Assembly: GCF_003351905.1 (NCBI RefSeq)
Contig: NZ_CP022339.1
Coordinates: 720,001 to 752,000, forward strand
Source: Candidatus Saccharimonadota bacterium
Lineage (GTDB): Bacteria > Bacteroidota > Bacteroidia > Cytophagales > Amoebophilaceae
Direction: 5' to 3'
Length of the DNA stretch: 32,000 nt
A program made the translations under genes and the position numbers. The notes under the pieces are model-generated. The model did not search any database and had not been told where the DNA came from. It worked only from the letters and a program-made list of their open reading frames with translations. Shown one piece after another: positions 9,386-16,444 of this stretch (its first letter is position 1; each line of letters opens with the position of its first letter).

Positions 9386-10189
9386 CTAAGCTTGCATCAT
9401 TCCCATTTTAATTTGTGTTAATTTTCGTTTGGTATCCAAAGGAAAATCACCTTGAAGCATCCAGTTATAGTAAGAAGGTTCTAATTTGAGCACTTCTGAT
9501 ACAGCTTTGCCTTTATGTTTGCCAAAGTTAAAGACAGGTATCTGTTGCTCATTGTAGACCATTCTACCTGCAAAATCGACCATATGGGTATTGGTTAAAT
9601 GATGTAGGGTAGCTATATCATTTTTTATGACACCCAATGGATTACCTAAAGAGTCGACTACAGATTGATTTTCATATCGTTTTACTTGTTCTATTAATAT
9701 TTCTAAAGTGGCTTCTATATCTACCATGGCGTTATGGGCGCCTTCTAATTCCTTTTGGCAATAAAATAGGTAGGCTGCTTTTAATGTTCTTTTTTCCATT
9801 AGGTGAAACAACTTTTGCACATCTACAATTTTGCGATTTTCCACTTTAAAGTCTAGTTCTGCACGCAAAAAACTTTCTGCCAATATGGGTATATCAAAAC
9901 GAAGCAGGTTAAAGCCAGCTAAGTCAGCTCCCTTTAAGAAGGCAATTAATTCTTTACCTATTTGCTTAAAGGTTGGTTTGTCTTTTAGATCCTCTGCATA
10001 AATACCATGGATGAGGCTGGATTCAATAGGAATAGCTTGTTCTGGATTCACTCTTTTATAAAAGGTTAAGCGTTTACCACCTGGCATAAGTTTAATCATT
10101 GCAATTTCTATGATGCGATCATGCACCACATTGGTACCTGTGGTTTCTAAATCTAAAAAAGCTAGTGGGTTGGTTAGTTGTAAACTCAT
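9386..10189 (-). CDS. DEDDh 3'-5' exonuclease (DnaQ/epsilon-like domain protein)
   Basis: 267 aa. Exo I LDLETTG, Exo II FNLLRFDIPIL, Exo III HNAMVDIEAT. Confidence 0.85.
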   Translation of the reverse strand: MSLQLTNPLAFLDLETTGTNVVHDRIIEIAMIKLMPGGKRLTFYKRVNPEQAIPIESSLIHGIYAEDLKDKPTFKQIGKELIAFLKGADLAGFNLLRFDIPILAESFLRAELDFKVENRKIVDVQKLFHLMEKRTLKAAYLFYCQKELEGAHNAMVDIEATLEILIEQVKRYENQSVVDSLGNPLGVIKNDIATLHHLTNTHMVDFAGRMVYNEQQIPVFNFGKHKGKAVSEVLKLEPSYYNWMLQGDFPLDTKRKLTQIKMGMMQA

Positions 10190-10378
10190 GGTATATTTTC
10201 TGCTGCTGATGTTTGCATTTTTAACTAAATTATTTTTTTTCTATAGCAAAAAAAGGGTTGTCATACTTAAATTTTTGTATTTTCAGTTATTTATGCATAC
10301 ACCTGATGAAGTAGGAAATCCTATTGCTTGTCAAATATAATAAAATATGTATGATACTTTTATTTGTTTTTATGGCCT

Positions 10379-11470
10379 ATGCTAATTAGTACAATTAACC
10401 ATGTTATCTTTCGTAAGTTGTTGCTTGCCTGGTATCAGTCACATCAGCGTTGGTTACCTTGGCGTATTACGAACGATCCCTATAAGATTTGGTTGTCCGA
10501 AGTGATCCTACAGCAAACAAGGGTAGTGCAAGGATTGCCTTATTATGAGCGTTTTATAGCTCAATATCCTTCTGTGACGGCGTTAGCCAGTGCCACAGAG
10601 CAGGAAATCCTCCGTTTGTGGCAAGGATTGGGTTATTATAGCAGGGCGCGTAACCTACACCATTGCGCACAAACCATTGTTGCGCAATATAATGGCATTT
10701 TCCCCACTAGTTATCGAGAGTTACTGACCCTTAAAGGGATTGGGCCTTATACAGCTGCAGCCATTGCTGCAGTTTCTTTTAAAGAGGTAGTTGCTGCAGT
10801 GGATGGAAATGTAAATCGTGTCTTGGCACGTATTTTTGGGTTAACCTATGATATAGGTACAGGCAAAGGGAGAAAACAAATGCATCAGTTTGCAACCTTA
10901 TTGGTAGATCAGATCCAACCTGACATCTATAGTCAAGCCATTATGGATTTTGGTGCACTCCAATGTACGCCTGTATCCCCTTGTTGTACGGCCTGTGTGT
11001 TTAATAGCTATTGCATTGCCTTTTATACCGATCGTCAAAAAGGTTTACCTATTAAAACCAATACACTCAATAAACGAGTCCGTTATTTTGATTATTTTGT
11101 TTTGCAGTATAAGGATCTGTTATACATGAAAAAACGTGTAGAAAGTGATATTTGGAAGGGTATGTATGACTTCTATTTGGTAGAAAACAAGCAGCGTTGG
11201 GCGGTAGATCAAATGGAAGACCCTTTGTTGTGTTTAGTTAAAAAGCATCGTTTATCTATGGTTACTGCTGCAAAAGAGGCCGCTCATTTGCTGACCCATC
11301 AGAAGTTGTTGGTAAAGTTCCATAAACTAGAAGTTACTGCCCCTTTTTTACAAGAAGCCCATGCGCTATTCAACCAGCTTTCCTTAGTAGCATTTAATCG
11401 TGCAGAGGTTGAAGTATTGCCCAAACCTATACTGATTCAGAATTTTTTAAAAAAACTAGATCCTGTTTAG
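10379..11470 (+). CDS. mutY: A/G-specific adenine DNA glycosylase MutY
   Basis: HhH-GPD region (LKGIGPYTAAAI) and the 4Fe-4S motif C-x6-C-x2-C-x5-C (CTPVSPCCTACVFNSYC), followed by a C-terminal Nudix-like domain. The ATG at 10379 is preferred over the TTG at 10364. Confidence 0.9.
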   Translation: MLISTINHVIFRKLLLAWYQSHQRWLPWRITNDPYKIWLSEVILQQTRVVQGLPYYERFIAQYPSVTALASATEQEILRLWQGLGYYSRARNLHHCAQTIVAQYNGIFPTSYRELLTLKGIGPYTAAAIAAVSFKEVVAAVDGNVNRVLARIFGLTYDIGTGKGRKQMHQFATLLVDQIQPDIYSQAIMDFGALQCTPVSPCCTACVFNSYCIAFYTDRQKGLPIKTNTLNKRVRYFDYFVLQYKDLLYMKKRVESDIWKGMYDFYLVENKQRWAVDQMEDPLLCLVKKHRLSMVTAAKEAAHLLTHQKLLVKFHKLEVTAPFLQEAHALFNQLSLVAFNRAEVEVLPKPILIQNFLKKLDPV

Positions 11471-11749
11471 ATAAGGAATGGGGGCATGCCAATCATCTAT
11501 AAAAATATTTTTATATTTAATAATCAATAATATTTATGATTTAAGTGGATGCTATGGGCTGTATGCATATCAACTTTTATCAAGGAAACTTTTCTTTTTT
11601 TAGACAAAAACCTTTACCTTGCAGTTAGCGTTTTTTTATTCCAACCTTAAATCAAGGCAACCTATAGGTTGCTTGTTTGATCGTTTTATAAATAAAAGGT
11701 AGGTTGTGGAGGCGCTTGAAGTCTAATTTTTAATATAGTTTTTTTTCCT

Positions 11750-11956
11750 ATGGAAGGAGTAGTAAAATGGTTTGACCCAGCCAAGGGTTATGGGTTTATC
11801 AAACCAGCAAATGGAGGTAAGGATGTTTTTGTGCACATCAGCGCGTTGGTGGCATCTAGAGTAAGCATGATAGACCAAGGCCAGTCGGTGGACTTTGAAA
11901 TTACCAGCGATAGAGGTAAGGAGGTAGCTAGTAACATTAAAGTTCTTGATGTGTGA
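11750..11956 (+). CDS. cspA: cold-shock protein (CspA family)
   Basis: 68 aa. VKWFDPAKGYGFIKP (RNP1) and VFVHIS (RNP2). Confidence 0.95.
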   Translation: MEGVVKWFDPAKGYGFIKPANGGKDVFVHISALVASRVSMIDQGQSVDFEITSDRGKEVASNIKVLDV

Positions 11957-11973
11957 GTAACACATCAAGAACT
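11941..11973 (+). terminator. perfect 14-bp stem hairpin overlapping the csp stop codon (attenuator or terminator between csp and the helicase)
   Basis: AGTTCTTGATGTGT-GAGTA-ACACATCAAGAACT. The TGA stop (11954-11956) spans the stem-loop junction. A T-rich tract, tcttaaatttt, follows. Confidence 0.6.
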
Positions 11974-11995
11974 TCTTAAATTTTAATATTGTACT

Positions 11996-13165
11996 TTGAG
12001 TAATACGTTTCAAAAATATAATTTGCCATCAGTTCTGTTAGGAGCGTTGGCAAGGATGCAGTATGACCACCCTACTGCTATTCAAGATCAAGTGATTCCA
12101 GTGGCCTTAACTGGTCAAGATATATTGGGTTCCTCTAAAACAGGTAGCGGTAAGACCGCTGCTTTTTCTATACCTGTGGTTGCACAACTGATGCAACGTC
12201 CTGATGCTAGCGTATTGGTATTAGCGCCTACGAGAGAGCTTGCTGAGCAAGTAGCAGGTGTTATGTCAAGCATGGTAAGTGGTTGTAAGCATTTGCGTAC
12301 GGTATTGTTAATAGGAGGGGAGCCTATTGGGAAGCAGTTAATGCGGTTGCGTACCAATCCCAACATCATTGTGGGTACACCTGGTCGTGTGGAGGATCAT
12401 TTGTGCAGGGGGTCTTTGCATTTGCACCGCACTACCTTTTTGGTATTGGATGAAATTGACCGAATGCTTGATATGGGTTTTTCTATTCAGATAGATAAGA
12501 TTATTAAACGTTTGCCAATAGAGCGGCAAACTTTAATGTTTTCGGCTACTTTGGATAGGAATATTGAGCGGTTGGCTGGATCCTATTTAAGGCAACCTGC
12601 ACGGATTAATGTGGAAATTACGGATAATGAATCCAAAAATATTCAAGAGGAGTCTCTATATGTGCCGGAGTCAGGCAAGTTTCAAATTTTATTGGAGCAG
12701 CTTGGCCAGCGGGAGGGTTCTGTGATTATCTTTGTAAAAACACAAATAAAAGCGGATAGCATCAGCTATCAATTGCAGCAATCTAATTTTAAGGTTCGCG
12801 CTATTCATGGAGGATTAAAACAGCACCAACGAAAGCGTGTCATAAAGGACTTTAGAAACAAGCATTATTCTATTATCGTAGCTACTGATGTAGCGGCAAG
12901 GGGTTTGGATATTGACCACATCAAGCATGTAATCAATTATGATTTTCCGCAAGCTGCTGAAGACTATACCCATAGAATTGGTAGAACGGGTAGAGCTGGT
13001 GCGACAGGGTTTGCTTTGTCTATGATTGCTTCTCCTCAAGAAAAGAGGCTCTGGCGTATTATCCATAATGAGCCGGTAGAGAAAGAAGAAAGGCGTCCAT
13101 TTAGGCAAAGTTCAAGTTTAAATCGGTTTAAATCTCGTCCTTTTAGACGTGGTTTTTCAGGTTAA
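11996..13165 (+). CDS. DEAD-box ATP-dependent RNA helicase (motif II variant DEID)
   Basis: 389 aa. Q motif (F..PTAIQ), motif I SKTGSGKT, motif II DEID, SAT, motif VI HRIGRTGRAG, and a basic C-terminal tail. The start must be the TTG at 11996 to include the Q-motif Phe. Confidence 0.9.
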   Translation: MSNTFQKYNLPSVLLGALARMQYDHPTAIQDQVIPVALTGQDILGSSKTGSGKTAAFSIPVVAQLMQRPDASVLVLAPTRELAEQVAGVMSSMVSGCKHLRTVLLIGGEPIGKQLMRLRTNPNIIVGTPGRVEDHLCRGSLHLHRTTFLVLDEIDRMLDMGFSIQIDKIIKRLPIERQTLMFSATLDRNIERLAGSYLRQPARINVEITDNESKNIQEESLYVPESGKFQILLEQLGQREGSVIIFVKTQIKADSISYQLQQSNFKVRAIHGGLKQHQRKRVIKDFRNKHYSIIVATDVAARGLDIDHIKHVINYDFPQAAEDYTHRIGRTGRAGATGFALSMIASPQEKRLWRIIHNEPVEKEERRPFRQSSSLNRFKSRPFRRGFSG

Positions 13166-13194
13166 CCATTTTTCTTTCTTGGTCTACTGCAGGT

Positions 13195-13236
13195 AAAAAC
13201 CAACATTCATCCATTTTTGAGTGTTGGTTTTTTTTA
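13195..13236 (+). terminator. rho-independent terminator after the helicase
   Basis: AAAAACCAACA ... TGTTGGTTTTT stem followed by a T-run (ttttttttatt). Confidence 0.6.
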
Positions 13237-13312
13237 TTAAACTTTTGATTTAATAATCATAATTAAATAGTTCATAGGTAGCTATACTGGACTGAATTTT
13301 TCGGACATTTTT

Positions 13313-13741
13313 TTACTTTTCTTTCCTAGCATCTTTACAAGCAATGGTGTATGTGTTCAGCGCAGTGGTTTTTTGCATCAAAAAAACCGCCCCTGTAAAA
13401 AGCCGTGGTTTAGAAAGTGGTATTTTACAGATGATTAGGAAACTCTTTAGCTTTCCCACTGCCCAATCTCGCTCAACGGTAGCCTTGCCTAAGGCCTTAG
13501 CAAGTTCATCATTTTGATGCTTAAGTGTGCTTATTTCTTCCTTATATACACTAACAACCTTGGATGGATCAAAAGCTGTGGAGGCATGCTCTAAAAACTG
13601 AGGTTTCTTATTTTGAAGCGTTTGGCTCGTGACGCTATATTTGGACGACAGCTGGGCTAGCGTTACATCTTCTTGTAGTAAAGCTAATACTATTTTAGTC
13701 TTTTCTTCCGAACTAAATTGCCTAATCTTTTTCCTTCCCAT
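13313..13741 (-). pseudogene. truncated IS3-family OrfA-like transposase (HTH plus coiled coil), fused to repeat-derived sequence
   Basis: The first ~100 aa (FSSEEKTKIVLALLQEDVTLAQLSSKYSVTSQTL ... EISTLKHQNDELAKALGKATVERDWAVGKLKS) look like an IS3 OrfA. The C-terminal ~40 aa read into the TGTTCA-repeat module at 13350-13440. Confidence 0.6.
13350..13440 (+). repeat. TGTTCA-core repeat module embedded in the IS remnant
   Basis: gtgtgttcagcgcagtggttttttgcatcaaaaaaaccgcccctgtaaaaagcc aligns with 14612-14650 and with the reverse complement of 18300-18355. Confidence 0.5.
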
Positions 13742-13866
13742 CTGATTAATTTATTGTATAACGCTAAAAATATACCATACGGAAAATAAAGTAAAAGATT
13801 TTTGTCCTATTATTTTAGTCCAGTATAGTTACTTGTATCCGACTAACCCAATCTAAGGGTAAAGCG

Positions 13867-14601
13867 TTGAAGGATTTCTTAGAGAAGTTTAGTAGCTTTA
13901 AACCTAAAGTTATTTTTCTAGTGCACGCAAGGAGGCATCTTTTACAGGATATGTGGGCACCACATACAACGATCAATATGGCTGAAAGGAATAGATATGG
14001 TGATACGCCCTTACATGTGGCAGCCTTTAAAGGGGATTGGCAGCAAGTCAAGGTATTATTGCAAGACAAAGCAGTCGATGTAAATGCAAGCAATAACTAT
14101 GGCGATACGCCCATACATTATTCCGTTGCGCAGGAGCAGTTAGAGGTACTTAAAGTACTGCTTGCACCATCCACAGGCGTGGATGTCAATGCAGTAGATC
14201 AAGATAGCTATGCCCCGCTCCATTATGCGTCATATATAGGTCATGTAAAAATGATCCAAGTATTGTTGGATCATGTAAATATTAATGTAAACATTGTGGA
14301 TAAACATGCAAATACCCCCTTGCATTATGCCGCATTTTCAGGACATGCATCAGCGCTTAAGGCATTGTTGTCCAGCAAGTTGATTGATGTGAATAGCAAA
14401 AATCAGCATGCAAACACCCCATTATATTATGCCGCATGGCAAGGTCATGTAGAGGCGGTGCAAGCATTAGTAGCGACTACAGGCATTGAGCTAATGGTAA
14501 AAAATAAGTATGGTCACACGCCATTTGATGCAGCCAATGGAGATCGCCATTCGGAGTGTTTAGAGCTATTGTATCATGCCGTGCATAAAAAAGGCCACTA
14601 A
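13867..14601 (+). CDS. ankyrin-repeat protein (about 6 ANK repeats)
   Basis: Repeated G(D/N)TPLH(Y)AA..GH...V..LL units. No signal peptide. The true start is uncertain: TTG 13867, ATG 13951 (preceded by AAGGAGG at 13929-13935) or ATG 13978. Confidence 0.85.
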   Translation: MKDFLEKFSSFKPKVIFLVHARRHLLQDMWAPHTTINMAERNRYGDTPLHVAAFKGDWQQVKVLLQDKAVDVNASNNYGDTPIHYSVAQEQLEVLKVLLAPSTGVDVNAVDQDSYAPLHYASYIGHVKMIQVLLDHVNINVNIVDKHANTPLHYAAFSGHASALKALLSSKLIDVNSKNQHANTPLYYAAWQGHVEAVQALVATTGIELMVKNKYGHTPFDAANGDRHSECLELLYHAVHKKGH

Positions 14602-14606
14602 GCATC

Positions 14607-14767
14607 GTATATGTTCAGCGCGGTGGTTTTTTGCGTCAAAAAAACCGCATCTGTTCAGCGCAATGCTTGTTATTAGGTATCTGTTCAAGTCACTGGTTTT
14701 TTGCCCACTTGTTTCTTGATAAAAAAGTGGGATACAATCCATTATTAATCGGTAACGTGAACAGATG
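14607..14767 (+). mobile_element. 161-bp MITE-like element (TGTTCA-core family, copy 3) with a perfect 9-bp flanking duplication
   Basis: CTAAGCATC occurs at 14598-14606 and 14768-14776. Inside are three same-sense TGTTCA units, the hairpins GGTTTTTTGCGTCAAAAAAACC and CCCACTTGTTTCTTGATAAAAAAGTGGG, and a terminal inverted cgtgaacag. Confidence 0.75.
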
Positions 14768-16270
14768 CTAAGCATCACGGTACCCATTCAGTATAAATGC
14801 CTTGATTCTTTTATACGTTTTAGCCCTGCCCAATAAGGCTATGGTTTCTGTAAGGTCTGGGCCCGCTACCCCCCCTGTTAGAGCCATACGCAGGAGAGGC
14901 CTGATACCCGGCACTGTTTGTAACAGCTGTTTGATCGTATGCGCATCCCATGCTGGTAGGTCCGTAAGCCTTTGGCTGAAAGCCAGCACCTCCTCTTTGG
15001 TTTGCTGCTTCCACTTTTTCTGGATCAGTTCAGCGTCGTAACCCATAGGATCAAAGAAGAAAAACCGGCCTTCCTGCCAGAAATCCTTTGGGAAAGTAAC
15101 TCTATCCTTTACAAGGTTACAAATGGCCATCGCCTCCTCTTGGCTGCAAGTTATATTTTCTTTCGTTGCCTCTGTGATAAAGTAGTTGGCCCAAGCCGTT
15201 GGGCCTTGTTTTTTAATATGTTGTTGGTTAAACCATTTCGCTTTAGCGATATCAAACTTAACCCCTGATTTGCCTAGCCGTTCCAGAGAAAAAGCCTCTA
15301 TTAAACCTTGTTTGGTAAAGATTTCTTGGTGCGTACCTGGGTTCCATCCCAATAAAGCCAAGAAGTTCCACAATGCCTCTGGCAGATAACCTGCTTCTCT
15401 AAACGACTTTTCCACTGTAAGGTCTGGGCTATTCCAACTGATCGGGAATGCTGGGAATCCATATTGATCCGCATGGCGTTTGCTTAGCTTTCCCGTACCA
15501 TTGGGTGCTAATAGCAACGGAAGATGTATAAATTCAGGCATTTGATCTCTCCACCCTAAGTAACGGTATAATAATATATGAATAGGCGTAGAAGGTAACC
15601 ACTCTTCGCCACGGATCACATGGGTAATTTGCATCAGGTGATCATCCACTACACTAGCCAAGTGGTAGGTAGGCCAGCCGTCTGATTTCATCAATACTTT
15701 ATCGTCCAAGGTAGCTGTATCTACTTTTACCCAGCCGCGGACACCATCCTTAAAGCGTATGGGTTCCTTATGCGGTACTTTCAGTCGAATCACATAAGGC
15801 TTTCCAGCTGCGATCCACTCCTGCACCTGTTCTGCAGGCATGGTGAGCCCATTGCGCATCCATTCACGACTTATGGCGTTGTAGGGTGGGTGATCTACCT
15901 TTGCTGCTTTAAGCCGCTCCCGCATCGCTTCGATCTCTTCAGGTGTGTCAAATGCATAATAGGCATGCCCACCATCCAATAAGGGTTGGATGTATTGCCG
16001 ATAGAGGGCCATTCGTTCAGATTGTCTATAGGGGCCAAATGGTCCCCCTTGTTCAGGGCCTTCATCTGGCACAATCCCCAGCCAACGTAAGCTTTCTAGA
16101 ATATACGCTTCTGCGCTTGCCACCAAGCGCTTTTGATCTGTATCTTCCATACGCAGTATAAACCGCCCACCCGTTTTTCGGGCCAAAAGGTAATTGTACA
16201 AAATGGTTCTCACACTACCAATATGTAAGGCCCCTGTTGGACTAGGAGCAAAGCGCACATGCACCGTCAT
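14768..16270 (-). CDS. gltX: glutamate--tRNA ligase
   Basis: 500 aa. RFAPSPTGALHIGS (HIGH motif) and KLSKR (KMSKS motif). Confidence 0.95.
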   Translation of the reverse strand: MTVHVRFAPSPTGALHIGSVRTILYNYLLARKTGGRFILRMEDTDQKRLVASAEAYILESLRWLGIVPDEGPEQGGPFGPYRQSERMALYRQYIQPLLDGGHAYYAFDTPEEIEAMRERLKAAKVDHPPYNAISREWMRNGLTMPAEQVQEWIAAGKPYVIRLKVPHKEPIRFKDGVRGWVKVDTATLDDKVLMKSDGWPTYHLASVVDDHLMQITHVIRGEEWLPSTPIHILLYRYLGWRDQMPEFIHLPLLLAPNGTGKLSKRHADQYGFPAFPISWNSPDLTVEKSFREAGYLPEALWNFLALLGWNPGTHQEIFTKQGLIEAFSLERLGKSGVKFDIAKAKWFNQQHIKKQGPTAWANYFITEATKENITCSQEEAMAICNLVKDRVTFPKDFWQEGRFFFFDPMGYDAELIQKKWKQQTKEEVLAFSQRLTDLPAWDAHTIKQLLQTVPGIRPLLRMALTGGVAGPDLTETIALLGRAKTYKRIKAFILNGYRDA

Positions 16271-16328
16271 ATCTTAATCTAAAAAAACAGCTAAAAACAT
16301 CAGTCTATTGGCCAAATCGCCTAAAAGC

Positions 16329-16371
16329 AGTGACTTGAACAAATACCTAATAACAACCACTGCGCTGAACA
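16329..16371 (-). repeat. 43-bp fragment of the TGTTCA-core repeat, inverted relative to 14653-14695
   Basis: The reverse complement tgttcagcgcagtggttgttattaggtatttgttcaagtcact matches 14653-14695 at 40/43 positions. Flanked by CCTAAAAGC (16320-16328) and CCTAACAAGC (16372-16381). Confidence 0.6.
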
Positions 16372-16404
16372 CCTAACAAGCACAAAATCCTATACCTCAA
16401 CTTC

Positions 16405-16438
16405 CCTACTAAGGCTGCGCCAGCGCAGCCTTAGTAGG
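16405..16438 (-). terminator. perfect 16-bp-arm GC-rich palindrome immediately downstream of psd
   Basis: CCTACTAAGGCTGCGC-CA-GCGCAGCCTTAGTAGG, 6 bp after the psd stop. No clear U-run on the minus strand. Confidence 0.5.
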
Positions 16439-16444
16439 CATAAA

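Larger units (their letters stand above)
13278..13832 (-). mobile_element. about 555-bp deletion derivative of an IS3-like insertion sequence with terminal inverted repeats
   Basis: The ends GTAGCTATACTGGACTGAA (13278-13296) and TTTAGTCCAGTATAGTTAC (13814-13832) form inverted repeats (17/19 identical, extending imperfectly to about 30 bp). The element contains only a truncated OrfA and no DDE-domain ORF. Confidence 0.65.

Noticed and set aside
11723-12013. 96-aa minus-strand ORF
   Set aside because: It is antisense to the highly conserved csp gene.
13929-13935. AAGGAGG Shine-Dalgarno-like motif upstream of ATG 13951 in the ankyrin gene
   Set aside because: The spacing (15 nt) is long, Bacteroidota-type genomes generally make little use of SD sequences, and other genes in the window lack such motifs. 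It is noted only as weak support for one candidate start.
13815-14093. 92-aa minus-strand ORF
   Set aside because: It is antisense to the ankyrin-repeat gene and the IS end. It is Cys/Leu-rich and shadow-like in composition.
14566-14787. 73-aa minus-strand ORF spanning the ank-gltX spacer
   Set aside because: It is composed of MITE sequence and overlaps the 3' ends of both real genes. The same applies to 5635-5829 (-), which spans the yebC-proximal MITE.
14802-16161. Multiple 60-100-aa ORFs on both strands inside gltX, with similar ones inside polA (18498-21116), uvrA (25336-27661), priA, lpxB and the helicase
   Set aside because: All are nested in, or antisense to, long ORFs with strong family signatures. 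The Pro/Arg/Gly-rich compositions are typical of off-frame translation of GC-richer genes.
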